From positions 1 through 62,562 of IMG/VR virus record IMGVR_UViG_3300032260_000001: a stretch of DNA of 62,562 bases; one strand, written 5' to 3'. Numbering within the stretch: position 1 is the stretch's first letter; each line of letters begins with the position of its first letter. Position numbers and translations under genes: made by a program. Origin of the DNA: a virus. Its lineage: Duplodnaviria > Caudoviricetes. Under the pieces are notes generated by a model that saw only the letters and a list, made by a program, of their open reading frames with translations, was not told the DNA's origin and ran no database searches. This document shows positions 24,268 through 33,801 of this stretch, in pieces.

Positions 24268-27240
24268 TTAAATCTTCGATATGGTGACGCTAATATCACT
24301 AGTTTCCCAATCTGTCGTGCTACTCGCGTTTTCAACAAACAATTGAAAAAACTCATCTTCCGCCATACCCACTTGAGTATTAATTCCAGTATTCTTATCA
24401 GTACCAGAAAATGTATTAGACCCTTTCGCATATTCCAGTATCTTACGGGGGTTAAATCCAGTTTCAGAACCATTATAAGCATGTGTAATATTGAATGTTG
24501 TAGCCGTGCTGCTGATAACAGTATAAGTACCGTTGTAGCTTGTCGTTCCTTGGATGTTAACCCGGTCATTCGTGACAAGTCCGTGTGCGGCTTCGGTCGT
24601 CACCGTTACATCGCCACCGCCTGCATCAGTAACTCCTGTGATTCCAGTTCCAATTGCCCCCTTACCTATATAGAAGTTAATTTTTATCCCAGTACCGACA
24701 TCATTCTGACCTGTGATATCGACTGTTACCTGCGCTGTAATAGGTTGTATTCCGTCATGGTTAAATACTCCAACCGATGACACACTAAAGCGTTCTGCTA
24801 ACACTTCGGTGAAGGTGGCCTCGATTCTTAATGGCTCGTTAGCCGCAGTAAAAGAGGTTGCTACACCAGCCTGGTCGTGAGCAATACCTACAATTCTTGC
24901 TGTACTGTCTGGAGCACCCTTATTCCCTCTTGAGATAACTCTATCATCTTCTTGGTTTAGGGAAGTAGACTTGAAAAGACCTTGACCAGCTACATCGTAA
25001 CCCTGAATATTATTACCGCTAAGATTTACAGTATTCCCTACCGGATATGAACTCGCTATATCAACTAGAGTAGTCGAGCCGTCGCTGAATAATATGTTGT
25101 CATTAATCTGTATATCACCGGAGCTTGCGCCGCTAATGTTCAGTACAGCATTATCACCAGTCAACCCCTCGACCAACCACTCTGAGAATGTAGACCCAGA
25201 GCAATTAATCATATCAAGGCCGACTCCACCAGCATCAATATTAAAGTAAATACCGGGGCCATAGAAGTCAACTAGGTTCTCAACTTGCCCTAAATCACTG
25301 TAGCCAACAAAATCAGGGGCTTTAAAGCTTAACACGCCACCATTCACATCTAATAAGGTGCCAGTTGTGCCGCATTCGAACAACGTATTCCACACGGCAA
25401 CATTAGAATCTGTAAATTGAAACTGTGGATCAGTTGTATTGGTATACGTTATTTTATTTGAACTTTTGTTTGTTGACCTGTATTCAATGCTCAGATTGCT
25501 ACCCACGAAGGGCAACGTCTGAGAAACAGGTGTCATTATGTAATAAACTTTCCCATCTTCAGGGGCTATGCTCACGCCCGGAGTTACCACGCCTAAATTG
25601 CTTTCCTGCCACACCTCAACTACATTGTCACCTAGAGTAGCCGCCTGTGACGGAGTGGGCACTGATTTGTCGTTTTGGTGATATAACTGACCCTTATCAA
25701 GTGTAAAATCACCACTTAGCAGCCCCATCGTAACTAAGTTGCTGCCAGTCGTCAGGTCATCATTAGACTGGAATATCCGTAGTGAGCCATTATCCGAAAT
25801 TAGATTGAATTGCTTGTAATTGGTTGGCGCACTTTCATCCATTACGTTCAAACGTGCAGAGTTAGCACCTTTAATTTTTACAGTCGATCTCGTTGAACCG
25901 TTTGTAAATTGAGCGTCTGTATCTGAATCTACAGTGCCGATCCCTCCTACATTAAGCGCTCTACCAGTTGGGATTAAAACATTCTCATTATCATCAATTA
26001 TAATAGACGGGCTAAGTGAGATTTCAGCATCGTTCATGTGTCCAATATAAAGAGCACCATCTTCACTGACTATATCAAACTGCTTATCATCAAGGGCTGC
26101 AGCAGAATCACGCAAAGATAACCTGCTGTTACCAAAGCCTTCTGCCTTAATCTGAATTGCACCAGCGGCATCTACACCATAAAGCAGTCCTGTTTCAGCA
26201 GTGAACCCCGTACCACCTTGAATCAACTGTCCTGTTGTCAAATCAAAGGTGACAAGCTCGTTGTCGATTGCAGAAACCGGCCCGACAACTGTTCCACCAC
26301 CAGCCCCGAAATTTACCCACATCGAACCATTCCACCCTTCAAACTGGCTTGTGGTTGGGTTGTAGATAACACCCCGTGATGGTGGTGATAGTGTGTCTCT
26401 AACAGCGGTAGAAACAGAATTTAAAGCAAATACTTTATCTGTTGCTTTTAGATCTAATGAAGTATCAGTAGCCGGTGCAGAGAGAGCACCAATCGATACC
26501 TCGTGTTCTACTTCTAATCCCGTGTTGAGCGTAAAATCATCTGTCGCAGAAGCCCAAACAAAACGCTTTTCAGTTGTCGCTTTTAGTAATAATCCGCCAC
26601 CGTCTGCCGTTACATCGGTTTCATTGTTCTCGTTTAATTCAACGGCGTTAAATTCAGTGGCCAAAAACGCTGTTGTTAACAGACCGTTAAAATCAACATT
26701 GTCAGTCGTTCTTAACGCTTGCCCAAACTCCAAACCATCGTCGGCTGAATTTGTTTGTACTACCTTCCCAGCGCCACCATACGCACCAGGGGTATCATTA
26801 AGATCTAGAAAAGTTCGAAACCCTGTGCTGCCTTGGGCAAACCAAACAACGAATCGCCCCGTGTCATCACTGACATACGATAACCCGACTTCGTACGTGT
26901 CGCCCGTTGGTACAGCCGTGACAACAAATTCACCGTTGTATGACGACTCCGTGTAACCAGAATGTGTTATTGGATAGCCGACAAGAAGATTATGGCTAGT
27001 GGAAGTAAATAATGCATTGCCTCCCGAGTTAGAGACAGTGGCACTCCCGTTGTTCACGAGAGTATAAAAACTTAACGGACTAACAACTTTTATAACTTTC
27101 TGTGCGTTGTCTAGGGTTGGCCAGACCGTATCAGCATCACGTTCCGCAATTGTGACGTAGATTTCATCAACTTGACCGTGAATGTCGCCCGGTGGGATAT
27201 TTTTATGAAAGAGATTAGGCACGGTCTTGCACCCCCACAA
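24268..27240 (-). CDS. Large tail fibre/tailspike-like protein (start possibly GTG at 27222)
   Basis: ~990 aa, G/T/S/N-rich, beta-helix-like middle, two H-(G/N)-L...SYNG.(Y/F).V repeats. Confidence 0.7.
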   Translation of the reverse strand: MWGCKTVPNLFHKNIPPGDIHGQVDEIYVTIAERDADTVWPTLDNAQKVIKVVSPLSFYTLVNNGSATVSNSGGNALFTSTSHNLLVGYPITHSGYTESSYNGEFVVTAVPTGDTYEVGLSYVSDDTGRFVVWFAQGSTGFRTFLDLNDTPGAYGGAGKVVQTNSADDGLEFGQALRTTDNVDFNGLLTTAFLATEFNAVELNENNETDVTADGGGLLLKATTEKRFVWASATDDFTLNTGLEVEHEVSIGALSAPATDTSLDLKATDKVFALNSVSTAVRDTLSPPSRGVIYNPTTSQFEGWNGSMWVNFGAGGGTVVGPVSAIDNELVTFDLTTGQLIQGGTGFTAETGLLYGVDAAGAIQIKAEGFGNSRLSLRDSAAALDDKQFDIVSEDGALYIGHMNDAEISLSPSIIIDDNENVLIPTGRALNVGGIGTVDSDTDAQFTNGSTRSTVKIKGANSARLNVMDESAPTNYKQFNLISDNGSLRIFQSNDDLTTGSNLVTMGLLSGDFTLDKGQLYHQNDKSVPTPSQAATLGDNVVEVWQESNLGVVTPGVSIAPEDGKVYYIMTPVSQTLPFVGSNLSIEYRSTNKSSNKITYTNTTDPQFQFTDSNVAVWNTLFECGTTGTLLDVNGGVLSFKAPDFVGYSDLGQVENLVDFYGPGIYFNIDAGGVGLDMINCSGSTFSEWLVEGLTGDNAVLNISGASSGDIQINDNILFSDGSTTLVDIASSYPVGNTVNLSGNNIQGYDVAGQGLFKSTSLNQEDDRVISRGNKGAPDSTARIVGIAHDQAGVATSFTAANEPLRIEATFTEVLAERFSVSSVGVFNHDGIQPITAQVTVDITGQNDVGTGIKINFYIGKGAIGTGITGVTDAGGGDVTVTTEAAHGLVTNDRVNIQGTTSYNGTYTVISSTATTFNITHAYNGSETGFNPRKILEYAKGSNTFSGTDKNTGINTQVGMAEDEFFQLFVENASSTTDWETSDISVTISKI

Positions 27241-28048
27241 CCCAATCTAGATCATTCGTAAAAATGAAATCTAAATCAGTTGTTAGTGCAAGATTGTCCG
27301 AAACAAGCTCTTCTTCTCTAACTCCAAAACCGTCTAGTGCAAACCACCAAAAATTAAAGAAAGAAGTATCAACCTTGAGGCTGATCGTTGCTGTGCTTTC
27401 AAATGTGACATGCCAGACATCACCGGGGATTGCCGCGATACCACCCGTTAAATTTATACGGATGAGATCAAATTCAGGAACACCGAAATCAACTACAGAT
27501 ATATTCTGCTGAAAAAAGATAGGTCCGCCGAAACCATCCCTAAACGTCACCGTGACAGGTTCTGTTGCGGTAATACTTCCTGCTTTAACAGTAAACTTTG
27601 TTACAACAAGATCGCTGCCAGCCGGGATAAGAATTTGTAGGCTTGTGCCTGAAACCTCCCCATCATCGCCTTTTACAATTGCTTGCTCAAAAACCTTGTC
27701 GGTATAGACCGGCCACGCTGGAAACTGAGTTCCGTCGTCTGTGTACTCTACGTGTGGATGGAGGGCAGTAACATTATCTTGTCTGAATGAGGTTTTTATC
27801 CAGCTTGCCGAGCTGCCTATTGATAGATCCCGGCCAATAAACAGTGTTGCGCCGGATATTTGAATATCGGTGGTATTCCAAACCCCAGCTGTTCTGAGTT
27901 GGAATTCAAACTTGGTTTGATCCAGGGTGTCGGGAAGCAGACGGAGAGATGCATCCGTATCCACATCACCCTTGAGATATAAAAACTCATCCGTGTTGCG
28001 CCGGGTAACATCAGGGCTACCCGTTGGTGTCGTGATTATTACAGACAT
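27215..28048 (-). CDS. Putative virion structural protein, first gene of the late unit
   Basis: GGAGG RBS; beta-rich. Confidence 0.65.
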   Translation of the reverse strand: MSVIITTPTGSPDVTRRNTDEFLYLKGDVDTDASLRLLPDTLDQTKFEFQLRTAGVWNTTDIQISGATLFIGRDLSIGSSASWIKTSFRQDNVTALHPHVEYTDDGTQFPAWPVYTDKVFEQAIVKGDDGEVSGTSLQILIPAGSDLVVTKFTVKAGSITATEPVTVTFRDGFGGPIFFQQNISVVDFGVPEFDLIRINLTGGIAAIPGDVWHVTFESTATISLKVDTSFFNFWWFALDGFGVREEELVSDNLALTTDLDFIFTNDLDWVVGVQDRA

Positions 28049-28186
28049 AACTCCTCCGCGAAAACATTTGCGAAGGAATTAAAGAACCCTCTTGAACCGA
28101 GGGCTAATGCGAAGGATTTGCGAAGGACAACTTGATATAAAAATAAGGCTCTAGAGCCACCAGCGCCTTCGCACGCTAGCCTCTTA

Positions 28187-28215
28187 AGTATAGCCTTATG
28201 CTATTGATATTTCTA
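28187..28215 (-). promoter_or_regulatory. Putative late promoter (PR'-like)
   Basis: TAGAAA-17-TATACT downstream of Q-like gene, followed by terminator-like hairpin at ~28080-28105. Confidence 0.5.
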
Positions 28216-28349
28216 TTAAAAAACAGTTAAAAGTCTATTTTCTTTTGCACAAAAAAACCCCTGCTGATTTCTCAACAGAGGCCGTTTATTCAAAGTTAGC
28301 TATTGCTAGTATGTAAAAATTATAGTGAAAAACCGGAACCGATTAAACG

Positions 28350-28859
28350 TTAGATTCTATTTTTCCGGTTTTTTTCCGGTTTTTTTCGGAAATATCTTCT
28401 ATCTAGCTTTTCATTAATATATAAATATATTTTCCTAACTCTTTTCTCAACTGTATCAACACTTGTGCATTCAACTTCAGCAATCTCTTTGTTTTTTAAT
28501 TCATCAATAAATTTGTATTTAGCTGTTTCCCTATGAACCTTTTCCATTCTCTTGATCAATGTATCAACATGATTCATTCTGGTATTGCTGATGTAATTTG
28601 GGATTCTAGCGCCCATACTCGGCTTTGTTGATTGCTGGCGCATTTGTCTATAATTTTTTTCATCTTTCTGCGGAATACGCTTGCGCCTCCAGCTAGGGGG
28701 CGAAGCATACTGATATTCGTAATTTTCGGGATCGAATGCAGGCGTACTTTTAGGCAACCCTAGCACTGAAAAGGACTGGCGTTTATAGGTTCCCCAAGAC
28801 TCTAGTACCGATTTTACAAATTTATGATCTTCCCGCACCACTAATACCTCTATTTTCAA
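28350..28859 (-). CDS. Late-gene regulator (antiterminator Q-like, C-terminal sigma4-like HTH)
   Basis: LESWG N-terminal motif; KEIAEVECTSVDTVEKRV HTH; position after nin region. Confidence 0.6.
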   Translation of the reverse strand: MKIEVLVVREDHKFVKSVLESWGTYKRQSFSVLGLPKSTPAFDPENYEYQYASPPSWRRKRIPQKDEKNYRQMRQQSTKPSMGARIPNYISNTRMNHVDTLIKRMEKVHRETAKYKFIDELKNKEIAEVECTSVDTVEKRVRKIYLYINEKLDRRYFRKKPEKNRKNRI

Positions 28860-28924
28860 CTATTCGGAAATTCCTAATAGTTCACTTCGTTATCCGCAAA
28901 CTAGTTATTGCTAACGTTAGGCAT

Positions 28925-29122
28925 CTAATATGGCTCCATCCCAGATTTAAAAATTCTCCATTTAACATCAGGTGTTTTTCTGGTGACATATGCGCCAGAA
29001 TCTACTAATCCACGAATCATCATGGCTCCTACAGGTTCGTAATCATCGCGGATGATTGCTGTTTCGATCCCAGTCATACCGCTATTATCAATCCTAGATT
29101 TTAATTGGTCTATTTCAGCCAT
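28925..29122 (-). CDS. Hypothetical protein in cassette-like array
   Basis: GAGG RBS. Confidence 0.6.
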   Translation of the reverse strand: MAEIDQLKSRIDNSGMTGIETAIIRDDYEPVGAMMIRGLVDSGAYVTRKTPDVKWRIFKSGMEPY

Positions 29123-29148
29123 TCTATTATCCTCGGTTATTTGTGGCG

Positions 29149-29391
29149 TTATAAGGCATACGCCTTACCTTCCTCTGTCACTTTGTAGCGATGCCAGGGA
29201 TATGGTTCATCTTTTGAAATTATAAATTTTCGTTTTTCGAGAGACTCTATAATGTCGCATAGCCATCTATTTTCGCTCATGTCCCATGTGCTAACTCTTG
29301 GGCTATCAGTCAGCACTGAAATAACATTTTTATCAGTGCGTTCTTTTTTAGGCAAATCAACAACTGCACCACTAAAGCTATCAATAAACAT
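29149..29391 (-). CDS. Hypothetical wHTH-like protein in an intact cassette
   Basis: Stop overlaps GTTA core site; YKVTEEG wing-like end. Confidence 0.6.
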   Translation of the reverse strand: MFIDSFSGAVVDLPKKERTDKNVISVLTDSPRVSTWDMSENRWLCDIIESLEKRKFIISKDEPYPWHRYKVTEEGKAYAL

Positions 29392-29417
29392 TTTTCATTT
29401 CTCCGTAGGTAAATGCC

Positions 29418-29542
29418 TTATAACAAAACAAATCAACAGGACAATGTGCCGCGTCGGTTGTTCTGTTTTTAGTTAATCCAACTATTCGGAATTTCCTAAT
29501 AGTTCCTTGTTGGCACCTTGCCTGTTATTTGTGACGTTAGCT
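29418..29542 (+). mobile_element. attC-like integron recombination site (125 bp)
   Basis: TTATAAC...AAAT(C)AACAGG / CCTGTTATTT...GTTAGCT imperfect palindrome with extrahelical base. Confidence 0.7.
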
Positions 29543-29543
29543 G

Positions 29544-29864
29544 TCAGTTCCATCCAAATTCATCTTTAGTGATAGATGAGAACGCACTATAAACAGCCTC
29601 GTTATAATCATCCCATTCTTCATCGCTACAATTTTCAGCTGGTTTGTCTGGTATGTTTCTCTCAAATATTTCAATGACAATCCGCATCACGCATTTACCG
29701 TCATTAGATTCAAGATCGCGACTTCCGCCACTATCAATATCAGAACCCCTGTAGGGCTCCATAAGCGCTCGCAGCAAAGGCAGGTCCAGCGTACCGAGGT
29801 TGTATGCCACTACTACTGTAGATTCAAATATTTTATACCCATTATTCCATCCCATAGTTTTCAC
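29544..29864 (-). CDS. Hypothetical protein in cassette-like array
   Basis: GGAG RBS. Confidence 0.6.
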   Translation of the reverse strand: MKTMGWNNGYKIFESTVVVAYNLGTLDLPLLRALMEPYRGSDIDSGGSRDLESNDGKCVMRIVIEIFERNIPDKPAENCSDEEWDDYNEAVYSAFSSITKDEFGWN

Positions 29865-29902
29865 TCCGTTTCACAGCGGCTATATGCCAGTTATTGCTAA
29901 CG

Positions 29903-30160
29903 TTAGGCCGCATTAAATGGCGTTGCTTGTTCCTTGGTTACAAGCCCAAGCAAAACTGCATTCTGTAATGCCTCTAAAAATGATTCATGGATCTCTTTAT
30001 CGTCTTTGTGATAAAAAGATACCTCACCGTTTCCAAACGGCCTCCCGTTTTTCCTCTTTGTGAAAATTTCTTTCTCTATCCCCGTTGGTTGATGAATGTA
30101 TTTCCTGTGGTAGCTACTGTCAGTTTGCATGCCGCTCTGATATTCATATTCTATTTTCAT
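29903..30160 (-). CDS. Hypothetical protein in cassette-like array
   Basis: Stop overlaps GTTAGGC. Confidence 0.6.
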   Translation of the reverse strand: MKIEYEYQSGMQTDSSYHRKYIHQPTGIEKEIFTKRKNGRPFGNGEVSFYHKDDKEIHESFLEALQNAVLLGLVTKEQATPFNAA

Positions 30161-30193
30161 CTTAGCTACTCCGTAGTTGGTTATTTGTGGTCG

Positions 30194-30403
30194 TTATGAC
30201 GCAAAGTAAGCATCAACCTTATCTCTCACTATCTCTAGCTCTCCATGTCCGTACTCTTCACACCAGTCGTCCAGTATCCTACGAGATTCGATTAACAATA
30301 ATTCCATTTTTCTAGCCTCGTCAACATGAATGCACTGGAAGTCATCGCCAGTGCCAGAAACTGCCCACATTGCTTCTTTATCTGTTTTAGGTGTAGCGGT
30401 CAT
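30194..30403 (-). CDS. Hypothetical protein in cassette-like array
   Basis: Stop overlaps GTTATGA. Confidence 0.55.
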   Translation of the reverse strand: MTATPKTDKEAMWAVSGTGDDFQCIHVDEARKMELLLIESRRILDDWCEEYGHGELEIVRDKVDAYFAS

Positions 30404-31023
30404 AACAACGTCTTCTCAATCTCATTTGCTCGCCTATTGAAGTCCTTTTTCAGATCTTTAAGATCATCAATAGTCCACTTCTGGATGAGGTGAGGTGAGT
30501 TAAGATACTCAATTATCGCCTGCCCCTCCTCCTCCCCAAATCGCACTTTTAACCCCTCTGTATATCCCCTGGTTGTCTTCGTTCCGGTAATATTTCCCGA
30601 CAACGACTCATTGCAGTATTTATTACATTGAAGATATGCATTTTTTTCATCAAACCTTAACTCAGGAAAAGCCCCTTTTGTCTTAAAGTGCCCGGCAGCA
30701 TATTGAATGCCTGGTTTCGTCGTTCCGCACGAAATACACTCCGGCAATCTCCCCTGTTTTAAATAAAACAATCTATCTCGGGCGCGAATATATCGCCTAA
30801 ACGCCACCTCTGCTTCCTTCTTGTGCGTCGAGAGTGTTTTAACACCTTCCTTAGCGTCTCTATACTCTTTCTTTTGCTTTACAACCTGTTGCTTCTGATG
30901 ACGACTCCGACCATGTTTTGCGGCACACTCTGCAGAACAAAAAAAACCCAACGGAACTTTAATACCTACTTCAACTAATTCATATTCTTTGCATTCACGA
31001 CACTTGCGCTTTTTGTTTGCCAT
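30400..31023 (-). CDS. ninG: NinG/Rap recombination endonuclease
   Basis: RKC..C, FCS.EC, YIRARD, CISCG, AGHF, LRFDE.N..LQC...CN. Confidence 0.9.
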   Translation of the reverse strand: MANKKRKCRECKEYELVEVGIKVPLGFFCSAECAAKHGRSRHQKQQVVKQKKEYRDAKEGVKTLSTHKKEAEVAFRRYIRARDRLFYLKQGRLPECISCGTTKPGIQYAAGHFKTKGAFPELRFDEKNAYLQCNKYCNESLSGNITGTKTTRGYTEGLKVRFGEEEGQAIIEYLNSPHLIQKWTIDDLKDLKKDFNRRANEIEKTLL

Positions 31024-31032
31024 GCAGCGGCA

Positions 31033-31512
31033 TCAATTCTCCTGCTTCCTATAATATTTCTCAAACTTATCCAATATTGGCAGCGGCATTCCTTCATCAA
31101 TAAAGTGGTTTTCAACGGCATTCATATACTCCGTCATCTGTTTTATTGTCGCCCATTTTAAAGAGATGCGGGCAGCGTGCGTTAAAAGCTTCTCCTGCTG
31201 CTGCGATTCCTGATAAACGTATAACAGTTCCACCCACTGTTCTTGTTCATCCCCTATGGGCTCCATGCAGTATATTCGCGCCAAAAACTCCGCTTTCAAT
31301 TTTCTGTGCCAATAATTCTCACTCCTGTGGCGCTCCGCAGACAGATATTTTATCCAACAGCCAAAGAGCCCGCCAAGCTGTGCTAGGGTCTTGCTAATTT
31401 TTGCATCTCGAATAACAACCTCAAGACTGCCATCAATCTCGCAATCTGATATAAACGCAATGCAGCCCATAAGCGCTTCATTATGCGAAAGTCTGAATGT
31501 TTTTGACTTCAT
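31033..31512 (-). CDS. ninB: NinB-like protein
   Basis: EVVIR...KTLAQ, WHRKLK, QMTEYM motifs; adjacent to ninG. Confidence 0.6.
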   Translation of the reverse strand: MKSKTFRLSHNEALMGCIAFISDCEIDGSLEVVIRDAKISKTLAQLGGLFGCWIKYLSAERHRSENYWHRKLKAEFLARIYCMEPIGDEQEQWVELLYVYQESQQQEKLLTHAARISLKWATIKQMTEYMNAVENHFIDEGMPLPILDKFEKYYRKQEN

Positions 31513-31520
31513 TAGACCTA

Positions 31521-32066
31521 TCAGCGGGTTCTTGCGCCAGCCACTGTCGCGCTGTAAGTATCCAAACCAGATCTAGTATCGGCAGAAGAATAATTTATCG
31601 CGTTCTTTCTCAGTATTCCAAAATTTTTGGCTGTGGCCCACGCGTCTTGATCGGCAGCTAGAAAGATAACGTCCCAACCGTAATTTTCTTGGTGATCCTT
31701 AATTAGAGCGGCAACAGCTTCTTGACTAAATTCACGGCTAGCGTTTTCAAATCCATCGGTTAGAACAGCCATTATTACTTTTTCTGGTTTTTCATTAGAG
31801 AAACGATGGCTAACGTGATTAAATGTTTTCCCAATCGCGTCTCTTAGTGCTGTCATTCCACCAAGAGGCCACGCATCAATTGACTTCGCTTCTGAGAGTT
31901 TCCCCTCGTATCCGATCTTGAATCCATCATCAAACCAGACGATAGTGAGATTTGCTTCGCCAATTTTTTTTTGATCCTCGATGAAAGCATTAAGCCCACC
32001 AAGTGCATCGTCTTTAACTGATTGCATTGATCCTGATTTATCCAATACACATATAATTTCTTGCAT
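31521..32066 (-). CDS. Stand-alone vWA domain protein
   Basis: VLDKSGSM MIDAS, GMTALRDAIG, LTDGFENAS; GGAG RBS before ATG at 32066. Confidence 0.85.
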   Translation of the reverse strand: MQEIICVLDKSGSMQSVKDDALGGLNAFIEDQKKIGEANLTIVWFDDGFKIGYEGKLSEAKSIDAWPLGGMTALRDAIGKTFNHVSHRFSNEKPEKVIMAVLTDGFENASREFSQEAVAALIKDHQENYGWDVIFLAADQDAWATAKNFGILRKNAINYSSADTRSGLDTYSATVAGARTR

Positions 32067-32443
32067 GATATTCTCCAATATTAAAAATAAATACACATAA
32101 CAAAGCCGCTCAATCCCAAACCTCACCCAGTTTTTTCCGCAGCTTTTGCCGCTCAACTTTCATTTCAGCGTATTGGTATGCCTTTTTGACACCAGCAAGT
32201 TCTGGGTTTGCTTTTCTGTAGTTCTGTTTGTTACCAAGTGAAATTTGTGAAGCCTGCGTTGGTTTTGTCATGGTTCAATCCTCCGTCAGATAAAAACAAT
32301 AAGCCTAAACTAGGCGTTTTTATTCCCTACCTCGTGCCCGTTTTCTTTTGCATACATCACCTTTGCTTCCCCAAAAACACTCAAAACTAAATCGTAAAAC
32401 CCCGCAATCTGTGGCATATTCCGCCGGTTTTCTTCTCGCTTAC

Positions 32444-33373
32444 TCACGCCGTCATTCTGAATGGCATGGCTATTTGAGTTTCCTTGGGTAGGTATTGCAG
32501 GCTGTCTTGATGAAACCATAACGATATTTTCCCTTCCCATTCACCGTGTCGTTGTTTAACAACGTTCATTAACTGATCGGGCGCACCCTCGTGTTTAGCT
32601 TTCTTACCCTCATCGTTACCAGCCATTATTTCTTCTTTCTGCTTGTTGCGATGACATATTATGGCATTGTCTACGAGATCCACAATTTCCCCAGCCCCTC
32701 TAAAATCGTGTTTACCAGGACATTCAAATTCGCCCTTATTCCCTTCCCCTTTACGCATGTGGTGCACAAGGTGGATGTGGATGTTATTTGATTTAGCAAT
32801 CCAACAGAGACGATCTACGAAAGCGACCTGATTGGTTGAAATCTGATCTTTGCTCCCTTTAAATCCGCATTTCATCAGACTGTCGATGATGATGTGATTC
32901 ACACCAAGTTTCTTGGCTGCATATAAAATCACCCCCAAAATTCTTTCGCTAGCAACTGTGTCTGTCTGATCGTAAATCCATAATCGATTATCGGTCCAGC
33001 TCATGAAGCGCCTGATGTAGTCAGTCGCCACATCCCTACATCCTGCGGTCTGGCGATTCATACGCTCCATCGACGCTTCCGGTTTCATCTCCATCGATGC
33101 AAGAAACCATTTTTTGTGTAAATTCCATGCGCAGACTTGGCCAACTAATTGAGATTTACCATGGCCGTTGTACCCACCCCATATCGTCACTTCTCCAGGC
33201 CTAAACCTGATTAGGTTGTGAGTCTTTGACCAAGGCAAGCAGTCCCCCGTCGTTGCTACATCACCATTAATCCGCTGAATTACCTTGTCGGTCCACTCAC
33301 TGGCTTGGGACACATACTGGCTTTGTTGTTCACCAATCAACCCCAAAACGTCTTCGTCAGTGATGACTTTCAC
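32444..33373 (-). CDS. SF4 (DnaB/T7 gp4-like) replicative helicase
   Basis: GGYNGHGKS Walker A, SMEM, IIIDSL, LVHH.RK, RGAG, KQRHG. Confidence 0.88.
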   Translation of the reverse strand: MKVITDEDVLGLIGEQQSQYVSQASEWTDKVIQRINGDVATTGDCLPWSKTHNLIRFRPGEVTIWGGYNGHGKSQLVGQVCAWNLHKKWFLASMEMKPEASMERMNRQTAGCRDVATDYIRRFMSWTDNRLWIYDQTDTVASERILGVILYAAKKLGVNHIIIDSLMKCGFKGSKDQISTNQVAFVDRLCWIAKSNNIHIHLVHHMRKGEGNKGEFECPGKHDFRGAGEIVDLVDNAIICHRNKQKEEIMAGNDEGKKAKHEGAPDQLMNVVKQRHGEWEGKISLWFHQDSLQYLPKETQIAMPFRMTA

Positions 33374-33801
33374 GAGGCTTTACCCTTGGCCCGCATATAT
33401 GCCTGAAGTTCTAGATCCATGTCTCGCTCTGTCAGCTTTTCACCGTTAGCACGTTTGCGATTACCCTCATCGAGGATCAATTTATCCTTTGTCCCTTGCT
33501 CCAGGGGTGGTGTAGTCTGCTTATGGTTAATCCTGCGCCTCTGTTGCTCGTAGTGGATGAGCTTGTTGTGACGTTTAACAAAATCATCTGAAAACAACGC
33601 CCCCATATCCAACTCAACCGAAGCCATTATTTCTGCCGGGGTACATCCAGCAAAGCAGTTAATCAACACATTGCCGTTATCAGCCTGCGTGACTACCATT
33701 GATGGATCTGTATCCTCATGAGCCGGGCAACATGCCATCCAGCTACCGTTACCCCTTGCCCTAACCTTGTCCAAACGTGAAAGTAATGTACTTACACTCA
33801 C
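33370..33801 (-). CDS. Primase-type Zn-finger domain protein
   Basis: CCPAHED..PS...CFAGC. Confidence 0.85.
   Translation of the reverse strand: MSVSTLLSRLDKVRARGNGSWMACCPAHEDTDPSMVVTQADNGNVLINCFAGCTPAEIMASVELDMGALFSDDFVKRHNKLIHYEQQRRRINHKQTTPPLEQGTKDKLILDEGNRKRANGEKLTERDMDLELQAYMRAKGKAS

Noticed and set aside
24268-27240. Diversity-generating retroelement target
   Set aside because: No reverse transcriptase or template/variable repeat pair seen.
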